Below, piece by piece: positions 52,616-61,900 of a DNA stretch of 64,000 nucleotides (positions are counted from its first letter, which is position 1; every line of letters starts with the position of its first letter). A program made the position numbers and the translations under genes. Location of the stretch: positions 75,900 to 139,899 of the forward strand of contig CAZBEQ010000002.1 of the NCBI GenBank assembly GCA_964490975.1, read 5' to 3'. The stretch comes from an uncultured Oscillospiraceae bacterium (GTDB taxonomy: Bacteria; Bacillota; Clostridia; Acetivibrionales; DTU013). Under the pieces are notes generated by a model. That model was given only the letters and a program-made list of their open reading frames with translations, made no database searches and was not told the origin of the DNA.

Positions 52616-52710
52616 TAGAGCTACGAGGTGCCATACCTCATTGATACTCAAAATTTCAGCTCGCGAGGTGCCTGTCAACACATAGAGATGTTTAATTCAA
52701 GTATAAAAAG

Positions 52711-52749
52711 GGACTGTCTCAAAGTGAACGTTGAGGCAGTCCTTTTTTT
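52711..52749 (+). terminator. rho-independent terminator downstream of ferritin
   Basis: 12-bp stem GGACTGTCTCAA/TTGAGGCAGTCC (one G-U pair) followed by TTTTTTT. Confidence 0.8.
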
Positions 52750-53170
52750 GCTCCAAAAACACAAAAGCCCGATCACAACATCATATCCCGACTCTTTCTC
52801 ATCCAGCGCACGTCTGACAGATGTTGAGTAAAATATCAAGTAATGAGTGGATCTAACTCGGTGAAGTAGTCTTTTAGCATTGATTACTTAACATAATTAA
52901 GGTTTATACTGTATTATTGAATCAAATATCAATGAACGTAGATATCTCGCCACACATTACTGGATTTTTTACTCACCCAATTGATTTCAAGACAACCCCT
53001 TTTTGTACAGACTTTCCGAAAGTCAATTATTTCTCATCCAGCGCACCGTAAATTGTCTCTTCATTTAGATATAGTAACAATATATGTTTATGTTGAACGT
53101 TCATTTTATGTAACCTACTGTAATCATTATACATATAGTGTATTAAATACTTTTTTGAGTGAGGTTATAT

Positions 53171-53821
53171 ATGTTATATTTACAGAATATTAATCAAAAC
53201 TGGTATAGTATGCAAAGAGAAGCAACATCATATTTACGAGTGTTTCATGCCTCTCCCGATGCTCCGCCTGTTGATGTTTATGCAAATGGCACTAAATTAG
53301 CAACCAATATTTCCTACGGTGGGTTTACCGAGTATATGCCTGTACCTGCCGGGAGATATAATGTAAGGGTTTTTCCTGTCGGACAGACATTGAACCCTGT
53401 GATAAATACCGATGTTGATATTGCTCCCGGTACCATTATAACCGTAGCTGCAGTCGGTAGGCTTGCTGATATTGAGTTACTTCCAGTTCATGATCCTGTA
53501 ATTCTCATACCACCAGGAATGGCTAACTTAAGATTTGGGCATTTATCTCCTAATGCACCGGCAGTAGACATAGTTTTACCTGATGGAACAAAACTTTTTA
53601 CCAACGTAGGATACAAACAAGTAACAAATTATGTCCCGGCTTATCCAGGCACATATAGCATATTTGTAAGGCCTGCCGGGACAGGTCAGAATGTGCTTTA
53701 TGTACCAAATATCAATTTGAGCGGGGACAGATTTTATACCATTTATGCAATAGGACTGGTGGGTGAAACACCTCCTTTACAGGTAGTTATCCCCCTTGAT
53801 GGCAATAGCTATATTAGATGA
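53171..53821 (+). CDS. DUF4397-domain protein
   Basis: Two repeats of the xHxSPxAPxVDV pattern ([16 protein letters not shown]; [17 protein letters not shown]). GTGAGG lies 7 nt before the ATG at 53171. Confidence 0.75.
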   Translation: MLYLQNINQNWYSMQREATSYLRVFHASPDAPPVDVYANGTKLATNISYGGFTEYMPVPAGRYNVRVFPVGQTLNPVINTDVDIAPGTIITVAAVGRLADIELLPVHDPVILIPPGMANLRFGHLSPNAPAVDIVLPDGTKLFTNVGYKQVTNYVPAYPGTYSIFVRPAGTGQNVLYVPNINLSGDRFYTIYAIGLVGETPPLQVVIPLDGNSYIR

Positions 53822-53862
53822 GGTATAGTAACCGATTTTTATTGCAGGAGGCGTTATATCAT

Positions 53863-54533
53863 ATGCAACCAATAATGATATCCTCCGGGCAGCATCAATT
53901 GCCCCCATTACCATATCCATATAATGCATTGGAACCTGTAATCAGCGAAAGAACATTAAAAATCCATCATGACAGGCACCATAAAGCTTATGTCGACGGT
54001 TTGAACAGGGCGGAAATAAATTTGTCAAATGCTCGCAAGAGAAATGATTATGAATATATAAAGTACTGGGAAATGAACTTGCATTTAATGGCTCCGGTCA
54101 TATTTTGCACAGTATATATTGGACGACTATGGCTCCCATGGGTTATGGAGGCCAACCTGGCCCATATACCATGCATCATATAAATAATTATTTTGGTAGT
54201 TTTAATGCGTTTATTGATCAGTTTACCAAAGCTACCGAAAAGGTTGAAGCCTCTGGTTGGGGAATCCTGATATGGCAGCCTGCCTGGGGTCATGTGGAGA
54301 TTTTGCAGGCAGAAAAACATCAGAATCTGACACAATGGAGTGGAATTCCCATTCTTGTTTGTGATGTATGGGAACATGCATATTATTTGGATTACCAGAA
54401 TGAACGCAGACAATATATTGATTCCTGGTGGAGTCTAGTCAACTGGTATGAGGTTGAAAGAAGACTTCTTCTGGCAATGATAGGTCAGCTACCACTCATG
54501 CTGGTGAACAACTATCAGCCCTATAAGTCATAG
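53863..54533 (+). pseudogene. sodA: Fe/Mn superoxide dismutase interrupted by a 1-nt frameshift
   Basis: Frame 1 encodes [13 protein letters not shown]...KIHHDRHH...YIKYWE. Frame 0 continues from 54069 with [17 protein letters not shown]...DVWEHAYYLDYQN. The switch is at GGGAAA (54068-54073). Confidence 0.85.
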
Positions 54534-54858
54534 TACATCTTCTTAACATAAAACATAGGTGATCATCATGCAGTTATATGATATCTCCGCTCTGATCTGT
54601 TACATAGACGATTTCTCAGAAGTAAAGTCAAACTATTTCGATATAATTGAGACAGAGTTATAGTATCGAAGCATGATCGTCACTGCAGAAGATGCTCTGT
54701 ATGACTCAAAATTTCTTGTATAGATGCCGAAAAGTCAACAAATTACGTGCTAATAATAGTAAAATATGTAATATTATGATATAATATAGTCATGGTTAAG
54801 AATATGTGAGGTACAAGCTAAAAATGACTTTCTTAATAAACATTCTAATCTTGCAGAA

Positions 54859-55272
54859 TTGAGTGATGAACAGCTTAGGAATGCGTTTGAAATCATTTCC
54901 CCGAAAAGTGACTGGGATCGTTTTTTTAAAGAAAAAATTTACGATATTGATGTAAAAGCTTTACTTAATAATATTCGCTTAAGTCGAAACAATATTGCAC
55001 ATTGCAAGTTTTTCTATAAGAACGATTATCAAGCATGTGCCAAATCAATATCAAAACTTAAAAAGGCTATTAATAAAGCAATTACTTTGACTGAGGAAAA
55101 AGATTTCACACAGAAAAATATGGAAAGGCTTAAAAGTGCTATTTCAGGACTTTCTATCGTGGCTACCCAATTTCAGAAAACCATTTCCGAAATAGTCGAA
55201 CCAATGGCTCAGACAATGGCTGAATGGCAAAAATATATTCTATTCCACTACAAAACTTGGTGCAAAGTATAA
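54859..55272 (+). CDS. HEPN-domain (Swt1-like, RxxxxH) protein, probably 5'-truncated
   Basis: RNNIAH motif at 54985-55002. The frame is open from 54790 with no ATG/GTG before the TTG at 54859, and there is no convincing RBS. Confidence 0.5.
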   Translation: MSDEQLRNAFEIISPKSDWDRFFKEKIYDIDVKALLNNIRLSRNNIAHCKFFYKNDYQACAKSISKLKKAINKAITLTEEKDFTQKNMERLKSAISGLSIVATQFQKTISEIVEPMAQTMAEWQKYILFHYKTWCKV

Positions 55273-55444
55273 ATTTGTCAGCGGCAATGTCTCAATTGAG
55301 TGCTAGTTTATATCAGAATACGAAACATTTCTTAAATGGTGCCACCAAAGATATTTCTCCAGATGAAAATCCTAATTGTGGTCCAAATAAAGAAATAAAT
55401 GATTGACTCAAAATTTCCCCAGTTTTTAATTAAAAGGGGCAATT

Positions 55445-56190
55445 ATAATATTCCCGGCTCCAAGCGCGCAAGCTGCTTGGCCGGTCAGAGATATGGAATC
55501 TTATAAAGCCTCCAGCCCGAACCGTAATGGCCCATGAAATGGCCGGTTACTGGTTCGACAGAGTGGAAGGAACCAAGGGCGTGGAACGCGGCATGAATCA
55601 AGTTAGTCACGATCATGCCAGCCATCAGATGCCGAGCATGCCCCACAAGTTTTTACGGGATGATTTTCAATAAACGGCCGCAGGGGATGAATTTCAATAC
55701 TTACAGGTACTTCCGATTCGCTCATTTGCCTCTACTCGCGCAGGGGGGACCAGCCCGGCAGGCAGCATCACCCGGCTTGCCTGGATGCTGGCCTGGATGG
55801 GCGGTTCCTACGCCTGCTGCTACAGCGGCGGCTACCCACAGGAGCACGGAGGCTCGCTGCTATCGAATGCAGCGGGGGATTTTTAAGGGAGGGAGGTGAA
55901 AAGGTTTTTTGTTTTTATTCTTACGGGACGTTTTTCAATAGAGGGTTACTGGAATGGACGAATTTCTATACTACAAAGCAGCTTCCGGCTCGCTCACTTG
56001 CCACTACCAGCGCAGGGAAACCAGCCCGGCAAGCAGCATCCAAACAATTTTGAAAGGATGCATTCCGGGATGGAGGTCCCTGCGCCTGCCCGCTCCAGAG
56101 GCGCTCGCCGGAGCATCACGTGCCGGGTCAGGATCATGGGTGGCACGGATGCGACGGGCACTACGGGGGAAGGCAGGGGGGAAATAAAAT
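55445..56190. repeat. GC-rich block of three diverged tandem units (about 260-270 bp period), no convincing CDS
   Basis: 43/60 G+C in 55741-55800 versus 17/60 in 56191-56250. Shared anchors: TTACGGGA at 55653 and 55921; CTTCCG..TCGCTCA.TTGCC at 55710 and 55982; ACCAGCCCGGCA.GCAGCATC at 55749 and 56020; GTCA.GATCATG at 55606 and 56127. Confidence 0.75.
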
Positions 56191-56315
56191 AGCGTTTAGA
56201 ATTATTACTCCAGTCCCATACTTCTATATAATATTAATGCTTAGATTCTACTACATCAGAAATCAGAGGGGTTAGAGTATTCGACTTTTTACATTACTTA
56301 TGCTTATTCCATAAA

Positions 56316-56819
56316 TTAACTCTTAAAATATTTCTCTATTCTTTTCAAATGAAAGATACCTATTGAAATTCCAATTCCGATTACGGATAAGTAAAAAATA
56401 GATAGCCACGGAACAGTATCATGTATAGAAATGTAAGACCCAGGATAGGTCCAACTTTCTAAAAATCTCCATCTTCCATTATGATCATAATAGAGATGTA
56501 AAAACTGAATACTAATAGGCGGTAATGTAAGTAATAAAAGTTTAATCACTGTTAATAACTTCCCCAGGTAGCTTAAATTAGGGGTACCACTTTTAGGAAA
56601 TAAATCTGGTATTAGAATTGTTGACAATATTAGTGAAGAAACGCCAAACTCAACAACAGGAAGACTAGGTTTAAAACCTGTTGTTAGTTTAATATCTATT
56701 TGCGTAATAAACTCATATAGATTACTTTCAACCAATATATGATACTCTATTATAATAAAGTAATATATTGATATCTTTAAAAAGAATCTTATTATTCTAA
56801 ATATTATCTCTTTTCTCAT
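56316..56819 (-). CDS. 4-TM membrane protein, candidate immunity protein for the orphan Rhs toxin
   Basis: The 167-aa hydrophobic ORF starts 26 nt after the orphan toxin stop. Very AT-rich, like the rest of the rhs locus. Confidence 0.6.
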   Translation of the reverse strand: MRKEIIFRIIRFFLKISIYYFIIIEYHILVESNLYEFITQIDIKLTTGFKPSLPVVEFGVSSLILSTILIPDLFPKSGTPNLSYLGKLLTVIKLLLLTLPPISIQFLHLYYDHNGRWRFLESWTYPGSYISIHDTVPWLSIFYLSVIGIGISIGIFHLKRIEKYFKS

Positions 56820-56845
56820 AAAACTCCTTACACAATAATATTTTT

Positions 56846-57634
56846 TCAGTTCTGTTGTTGTGTTAAATCATTATCAATAAGGTAGTAATAATAACGAATA
56901 TCATAATTGTTGTAGTCAGTATCAACTAAATTATAGAAACTATAGCCACCTGAAATTGAGAAGTTTTGTGATGAAGAGAACATGATACCAGACCCTAATA
57001 CATCCTCCCAACCGCTTACTTCCAAGCCAACAAAATTGTAATTCACATTTCCTCCAATAAAATCTCTTTCATATTTTTCAGGTCTATCAGTATTTACAAC
57101 TATACCTAATGGTACGTAAGCAAAACCTACATCCAATTTACCTTTTTTAGGTAAGGTAAAGCTAATTCCATTATGATTATAAATTGCATTCCATCCTTGT
57201 CCCAGATTATGAAGACGAGTGTAACCACTTGTATATGTAAAGACGCCTTTAGTATAAGAAACACTAAAGTCGTTATACACTGATACTTTGTCTAAAGCTC
57301 TTTTCGCCACTTTCCCTTTTAAATATGCGGTATCATTTTTCTCCATATATTCTCTGATATATTTATTACTTCCAGTAATTTGATACCCCCCAGGTATTTG
57401 GTCAACATATCCATTGAAAAAGCTAGGGAAACCTCCTGAAGTTTTATTAGCTTCTTTAGTTTCAGATTTAGTAGTTTGCTTTAATATCAATCTTTGAATA
57501 AACACATCAACTGGTGAATTTCCGCTATCATCAATGAGAGCTATAGGATTATTATAACAATAGGTATAAAGGTTAAGAGATAACGGGTCGTTTTCTTTTC
57601 CTGAATAAGAGTCTTCTGTTATAAACCTACCCAT
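56846..57634 (-). CDS. orphan Rhs C-terminal tip plus toxin domain (5'-truncated rhs cassette)
   Basis: GRFITEDSYSGKENDPLSLNLYTYCYNNPIALIDDSG matches the end of the Rhs core. Homology continues upstream (FDKETGTYYLRARYYDPK) to about 57702, where an in-frame TGA ends it. Confidence 0.75.
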   Translation of the reverse strand: MGRFITEDSYSGKENDPLSLNLYTYCYNNPIALIDDSGNSPVDVFIQRLILKQTTKSETKEANKTSGGFPSFFNGYVDQIPGGYQITGSNKYIREYMEKNDTAYLKGKVAKRALDKVSVYNDFSVSYTKGVFTYTSGYTRLHNLGQGWNAIYNHNGISFTLPKKGKLDVGFAYVPLGIVVNTDRPEKYERDFIGGNVNYNFVGLEVSGWEDVLGSGIMFSSSQNFSISGGYSFYNLVDTDYNNYDIRYYYYLIDNDLTQQQN

Positions 57635-57777
57635 CTTCGGATCATAGTACCGTGCCCGCAGATAATATGTCCCGGTTTCCTTATCAAAGTCCCTAATTCA
57701 ATAGCTGCAGAAATATTTTTTGAGGTACCACATTAAGCAGTACCTCTTTATCAAGGTTCATTTCCATATTAAGTATA

Positions 57778-58071
57778 TCATTCCTGCTGCTGATTTGGAA
57801 TATCTGGAATTCTGTATTCCTCCCCGGTCTTTATCATCCTGTAGATGATGTTCACAAGCCTTCGCATTACGCACTTAATGGCCTGTTTCTTTGTCTTGCC
57901 TTCGGAGATTTTCTTCTGATAGTACTCCGCAAAGATGGGATTGACCGGGTCGCCCCTCGTACCGTGGTCGTTACACTGTGACACAGCCAGAAAGAATAGT
58001 ATCTGGTTCAGGTTCCTGTCTCCGCGCCGGTTGCTGAAATTGTGATTCCTCGCCCTCTTATCCCTGCCCAT
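57778..58071 (-). mobile_element. IS110-family transposase C-terminal fragment
   Basis: ...YYQKKISEGKTKKQAIKCVMRRLVNIIYRMIKTGEEY matches the conserved IS110/IS902 C-terminus. Only about 97 codons are present and no N-terminal DEDD domain. Confidence 0.7.
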
Positions 58072-58163
58072 TCATCTTTATTAAAGACACTCATTATTTA
58101 CCTTCCTCTTTTGAAGCAAAGCCCTGATAGAGTGTCATGCTCCATCAAGGCTAATTACATCAA

Positions 58164-58538
58164 CTACTCACCAAATATCCGCTTGTTGTTCTCTTTGATT
58201 TCCTCAATCATCTTGTCCATGGCTTTAACTTCAATTGCACCATTCCTTTTACCAGCTAAGAAGTACAGTTTAAGCCAATAGCCGTCATCTTCCAGATACG
58301 ATTCAACCACTTTCCTAATGTTATCCTCAGTCAAGCTCCTAACAATGATATCCGGTGGCGATGCTGGAATATAATCCAAGCCTTCTTTATCCATATACCA
58401 ATAGTAGTTCTTTGGCGTTGTCACAACAAAGGTGTAAGTCATTCCGTCATCAGCCTCGATAAACACATCTATGTTCCCATTATAAGCGTCCACAATTTCG
58501 GATAAAGGAGTAGGGTACTTTACGTTTTTAATATTCAT
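58164..58538 (-). CDS. small cytoplasmic protein, immunity-type (second gene after the rhs toxin)
   Basis: 124-aa acidic ORF in the position typical of polymorphic-toxin immunity genes. Family not recognised. Confidence 0.55.
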   Translation of the reverse strand: MNIKNVKYPTPLSEIVDAYNGNIDVFIEADDGMTYTFVVTTPKNYYWYMDKEGLDYIPASPPDIIVRSLTEDNIRKVVESYLEDDGYWLKLYFLAGKRNGAIEVKAMDKMIEEIKENNKRIFGE

Positions 58539-58576
58539 ATACGAACCTCTTAATATCGTTCAGGAGTTGTATTCTA

Positions 58577-58957
58577 TTACCTCCCTATAGCTTTGCTTAC
58601 TTCATTCAAGCATTCAATGCTTTGAGTTCCCAGATATTCTCGAGCTCGGTTTATTATAGCCTTCTCATCCCCAAGCCCCTCCAATACTGTCGTAGTAAGT
58701 ATTTGCTTTACATATAAGTCATCACAAGTAGCCATTCTTTCGTAAAAATCGAATATGTGCTTGATAGTGGAAGTTTCCTTGTTAGTCCTTAGCAGTTGGA
58801 TGACATACGGATTTAAAACGTCGCCAAAGACAATGTGTGGTAACACTTCATCCCACCACCCCAATTCTTCCTTGAACATCGGTAAAACTTCTGGAATAGC
58901 TTCAAGCATCTTATCTACAATGTTTTCTTTACTTAAGTTCTCCATTAAAACTTTCAC
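58577..58957 (-). CDS. candidate cognate immunity protein of the Rhs C-terminal toxin
   Basis: The 126-aa helical ORF starts 2 nt after the rhs stop codon, suggesting tight coupling. Confidence 0.6.
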   Translation of the reverse strand: MKVLMENLSKENIVDKMLEAIPEVLPMFKEELGWWDEVLPHIVFGDVLNPYVIQLLRTNKETSTIKHIFDFYERMATCDDLYVKQILTTTVLEGLGDEKAIINRAREYLGTQSIECLNEVSKAIGR

Positions 58958-58959
58958 CT

Positions 58960-61900
58960 CTACTTTCCGTTCAGCGCATTTGTCAAGTCCTGTAGCAATT
59001 TTTGAGCAGTCTTTAGGTCATTCGCATTAAGATTTTGCTTGTTTATAATGTTTTGCAAGTTTGCGATACGTTCGAGTGCCTTAGGTATATGGCTAGTCAT
59101 GCCTGTGGGTACTCCATTCACTAATTCATTTCTTACAAAATCTGCGGTACCACCATCTCCAATAGTTCCTCCTGGTCTATATAGCTGATCTATACAATTC
59201 CATAGCTTTTGGTTAGTTACAGAGTTTAACAGTTTATCTCTTACAGTTTGCCCCTTTCCAAAAAGATTCTTGAGTTTATCCCAACCAGTTGTTATACCTG
59301 CACCTATAGCACTTATTGCACTTGCACCAAGTCGTTCCGCTACTAAGACAGACCCAGATACCACCGCTACATCTTCACAGAACAGTATAGTCTGTTCTCT
59401 CTTGTAAGCAGCCTGTTGTGATGTCAAATACGAGTAGAGCCCCTGCACCTCTGCTACAGAACCACCGCCAGGACCATTAAATAGATTGCTCGCGTTGACT
59501 ACATCATTGAAATTATACCATCCATCGATATACTCAAATGAGTCTCTAATTTTATCCCTTAAGCCGACTCCTAAAGCTGCAATTTCGGTTCTTCTCGATG
59601 CACTAGCCGTTGCATACTCTTGTTTCAAGCTTATCAACTGGGATAAGTATATCTCAGCTTCATGCCCAGATGGGTCAAACATATTAACGGGATTGTTCAG
59701 GCAGTAGGTGTAGAGGTTTAATGACAATGGGTCACTATCTGAACCCCATACACTATCCTCAGAAATAAACCGTCCTATTTCCGAATCATAATACCTTGCA
59801 CGTAGATAATAGTTCCCGGTTTCAGAATCAAAGTACTCTCCACAGTATCTGGACACGTTTGTATCGTTCGGGTCAATATTACTCTCGCTTCCAAATGCGT
59901 CATACTCATATGACTTTACTGTATTTCCTGCTGTATCTGTCAATTGTACTACATCACCGTGGCCGTTGTACGCATACCATTTCTTGGTGCCTCCAGCCGG
60001 AGTTTCGGCGCAAATAAGGTTTATCCCGCGAATATACTTACTCGTTATATTACCAGCACCATTCAGTTCTATCGATATCTGGTCACCATCCCATACATGC
60101 TTCGTTAATACTCCATTAACACTCTTTGCAGCTCGTAAACCATTCGCATTATATGTGTATTCTGCAACTGTATTATCTGATGTTGTCTTTATAAGCTGAT
60201 TAAGTCCATTATACTCCATCAGACTAACACTGTCATCCGCTAACCCGGCAACAGATATACTGACAGCTTCCTGCTCCCCATTGTCAGGGACGAAAACCTC
60301 AGTACCCTTGTATATCTGGTTACCATTATTATCATAGCTATAGCTTGTTACCTCTGTGATATCAGCAGCTTCTTTTGTTTCTGCCAGAAGCCTGCTATTT
60401 AAGTCATAGACATAACTTGTGGTATATGGATTTATTCCCGTTGCTATTAACGTTTTCCTGTTATTATAGTCGTCATAGATATACCCAATTGCAGACGTCA
60501 CAGTTCCAATAGATGAATTGCTTTCACTTGTCAGTCTTGACAAACCATCATATGAATAGGTAGTCGCTTTGCCGCTTGTAGAATCAGACTTTCTTGACTG
60601 ATTACCGTCCAGATAATACTCATATGAATAATGTGAAATCTGGCTGCCCGCCCCATTTGTGTTAGATAAATCAACTAGTTTATTTGCCAAATTGTATACA
60701 TAGGCTGTATCGTTGCCATTTGAGTATTTCAACGATTTTCTGTTGCCATTTTCATCATATGTATAGATTGCAACAAGCTGATCGTTTTCGAATACCTGGT
60801 ACAGTCTGTTCATATTGTCATAGGTATAGGAAGTGCTTAACTTGACCACTCCACCAAGTGTCAGCGTATAGGTTTTTCTGTTATCGGCAGCATCATACGC
60901 ATACTCCTTGACAATATTACCGTCGGTCTCCTTCATCAACCTGTCAAGGCTGTCATATTCATAAGTAATGTTGTCAGATAATGTCACCTTATCGTTGAAG
61001 CCATATTCATATGTATGGGATGTGTTGCCTTTCCCGTCCGGTGTTACAACGCTTGTTGATTTCAGCCTGCTCAAATAATCATATATGTTGGTAGTAATAT
61101 TACCATTGCGGTCGGTTTTACTTGTCATGTTACCATTTGCATCATACCCATATGATTCAGACATGCCCATTGGATCTGTCATCTTAAGCAGTCTTCCCTG
61201 ATGGTCGTATTCATATTTCGTGGTTGAGTATGAATGATCCGATCCATCAACTATTTTATCAAGCCCATTTATTTTAAGAGGGCTGCTTAAGCCGGTATAT
61301 TGCCTTAGCTTATTCCCTGCTGCATCATAATAGTATTGAGTATAATTAGCTTTATTTGCAGTTTCGAACTTTAATACCTTTGTTAGTAGATTCCTGGTAT
61401 TATACTCATAATCCTGACGACTATATGCCATAGTTTGTCCAGGCTTGTTCGAACTTGTTTTAGAAATGATTACATTACCGTTTCTATCATAATAGTTTTT
61501 CTTTATCGTGTTATAAATAGTGTTGTTAATTTTAGCAAAGGGTATATTCTCCTCAATAGTTCTGCCCAGCTTATCATATTTATAAGTTGTTGAGTATTTA
61601 GGGGTTGCTAGATTTCCCTTAAAGTCAGTTACTGCTTTTATTTTGCCGAGCGCATCGTATTCAGTCAAAGTATAATTACCCTCTATGTTAAATGTTTTCA
61701 CAGGTCGCCCAGCAAAATCATATTCATATTTTGCGGTCCAGGGATTAGTCCATCCCTCCTGGTATGCGCGAGCCGATTTTTCTTCAGTTTTGTTTCCGAT
61801 ATAGTCATATTTATATGTATCCGCATATTCTATGCCATTATATATACGACCCGTTTTTACTACTTCTCCATGCTTATTCGTATATACATTGGTTGTCATA

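Noticed and set aside
52795-53045. A 17-bp direct repeat TTTCTCATCCAGCGCAC at 52795-52811 and 53029-53045.
   Set aside because: It is an isolated exact match with no extended flanking similarity or associated ORF. The basis is too little to interpret.
54067-54075. Programmed -1 ribosomal frameshifting in the SOD gene at G_GGA_AAT.
   Set aside because: In the incoming frame the codons are TGG GAA ATG, so the tRNAs do not sit on an X_XXY_YYZ heptamer. No downstream stimulatory structure was evident. A mutation or a homopolymer sequencing error is more parsimonious.
55651-56190. CRISPR array, prompted by ATTGAAA-type sequences on the minus strand.
   Set aside because: There is no regular 28-37-nt repeat and spacer periodicity. 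The repeat unit is about 265 bp and diverged, and no cas genes are in the window.
55615-56192. The 94-aa and 98-aa plus-strand ORFs (and the 77-aa one) inside the GC-rich block as real genes.
   Set aside because: All three frames are open simply because the block is GC-rich. The products are low-complexity Ala/Arg/Pro/Gly with no recognisable motif. Similarity between units is at the nucleotide level and does not preserve a reading frame.
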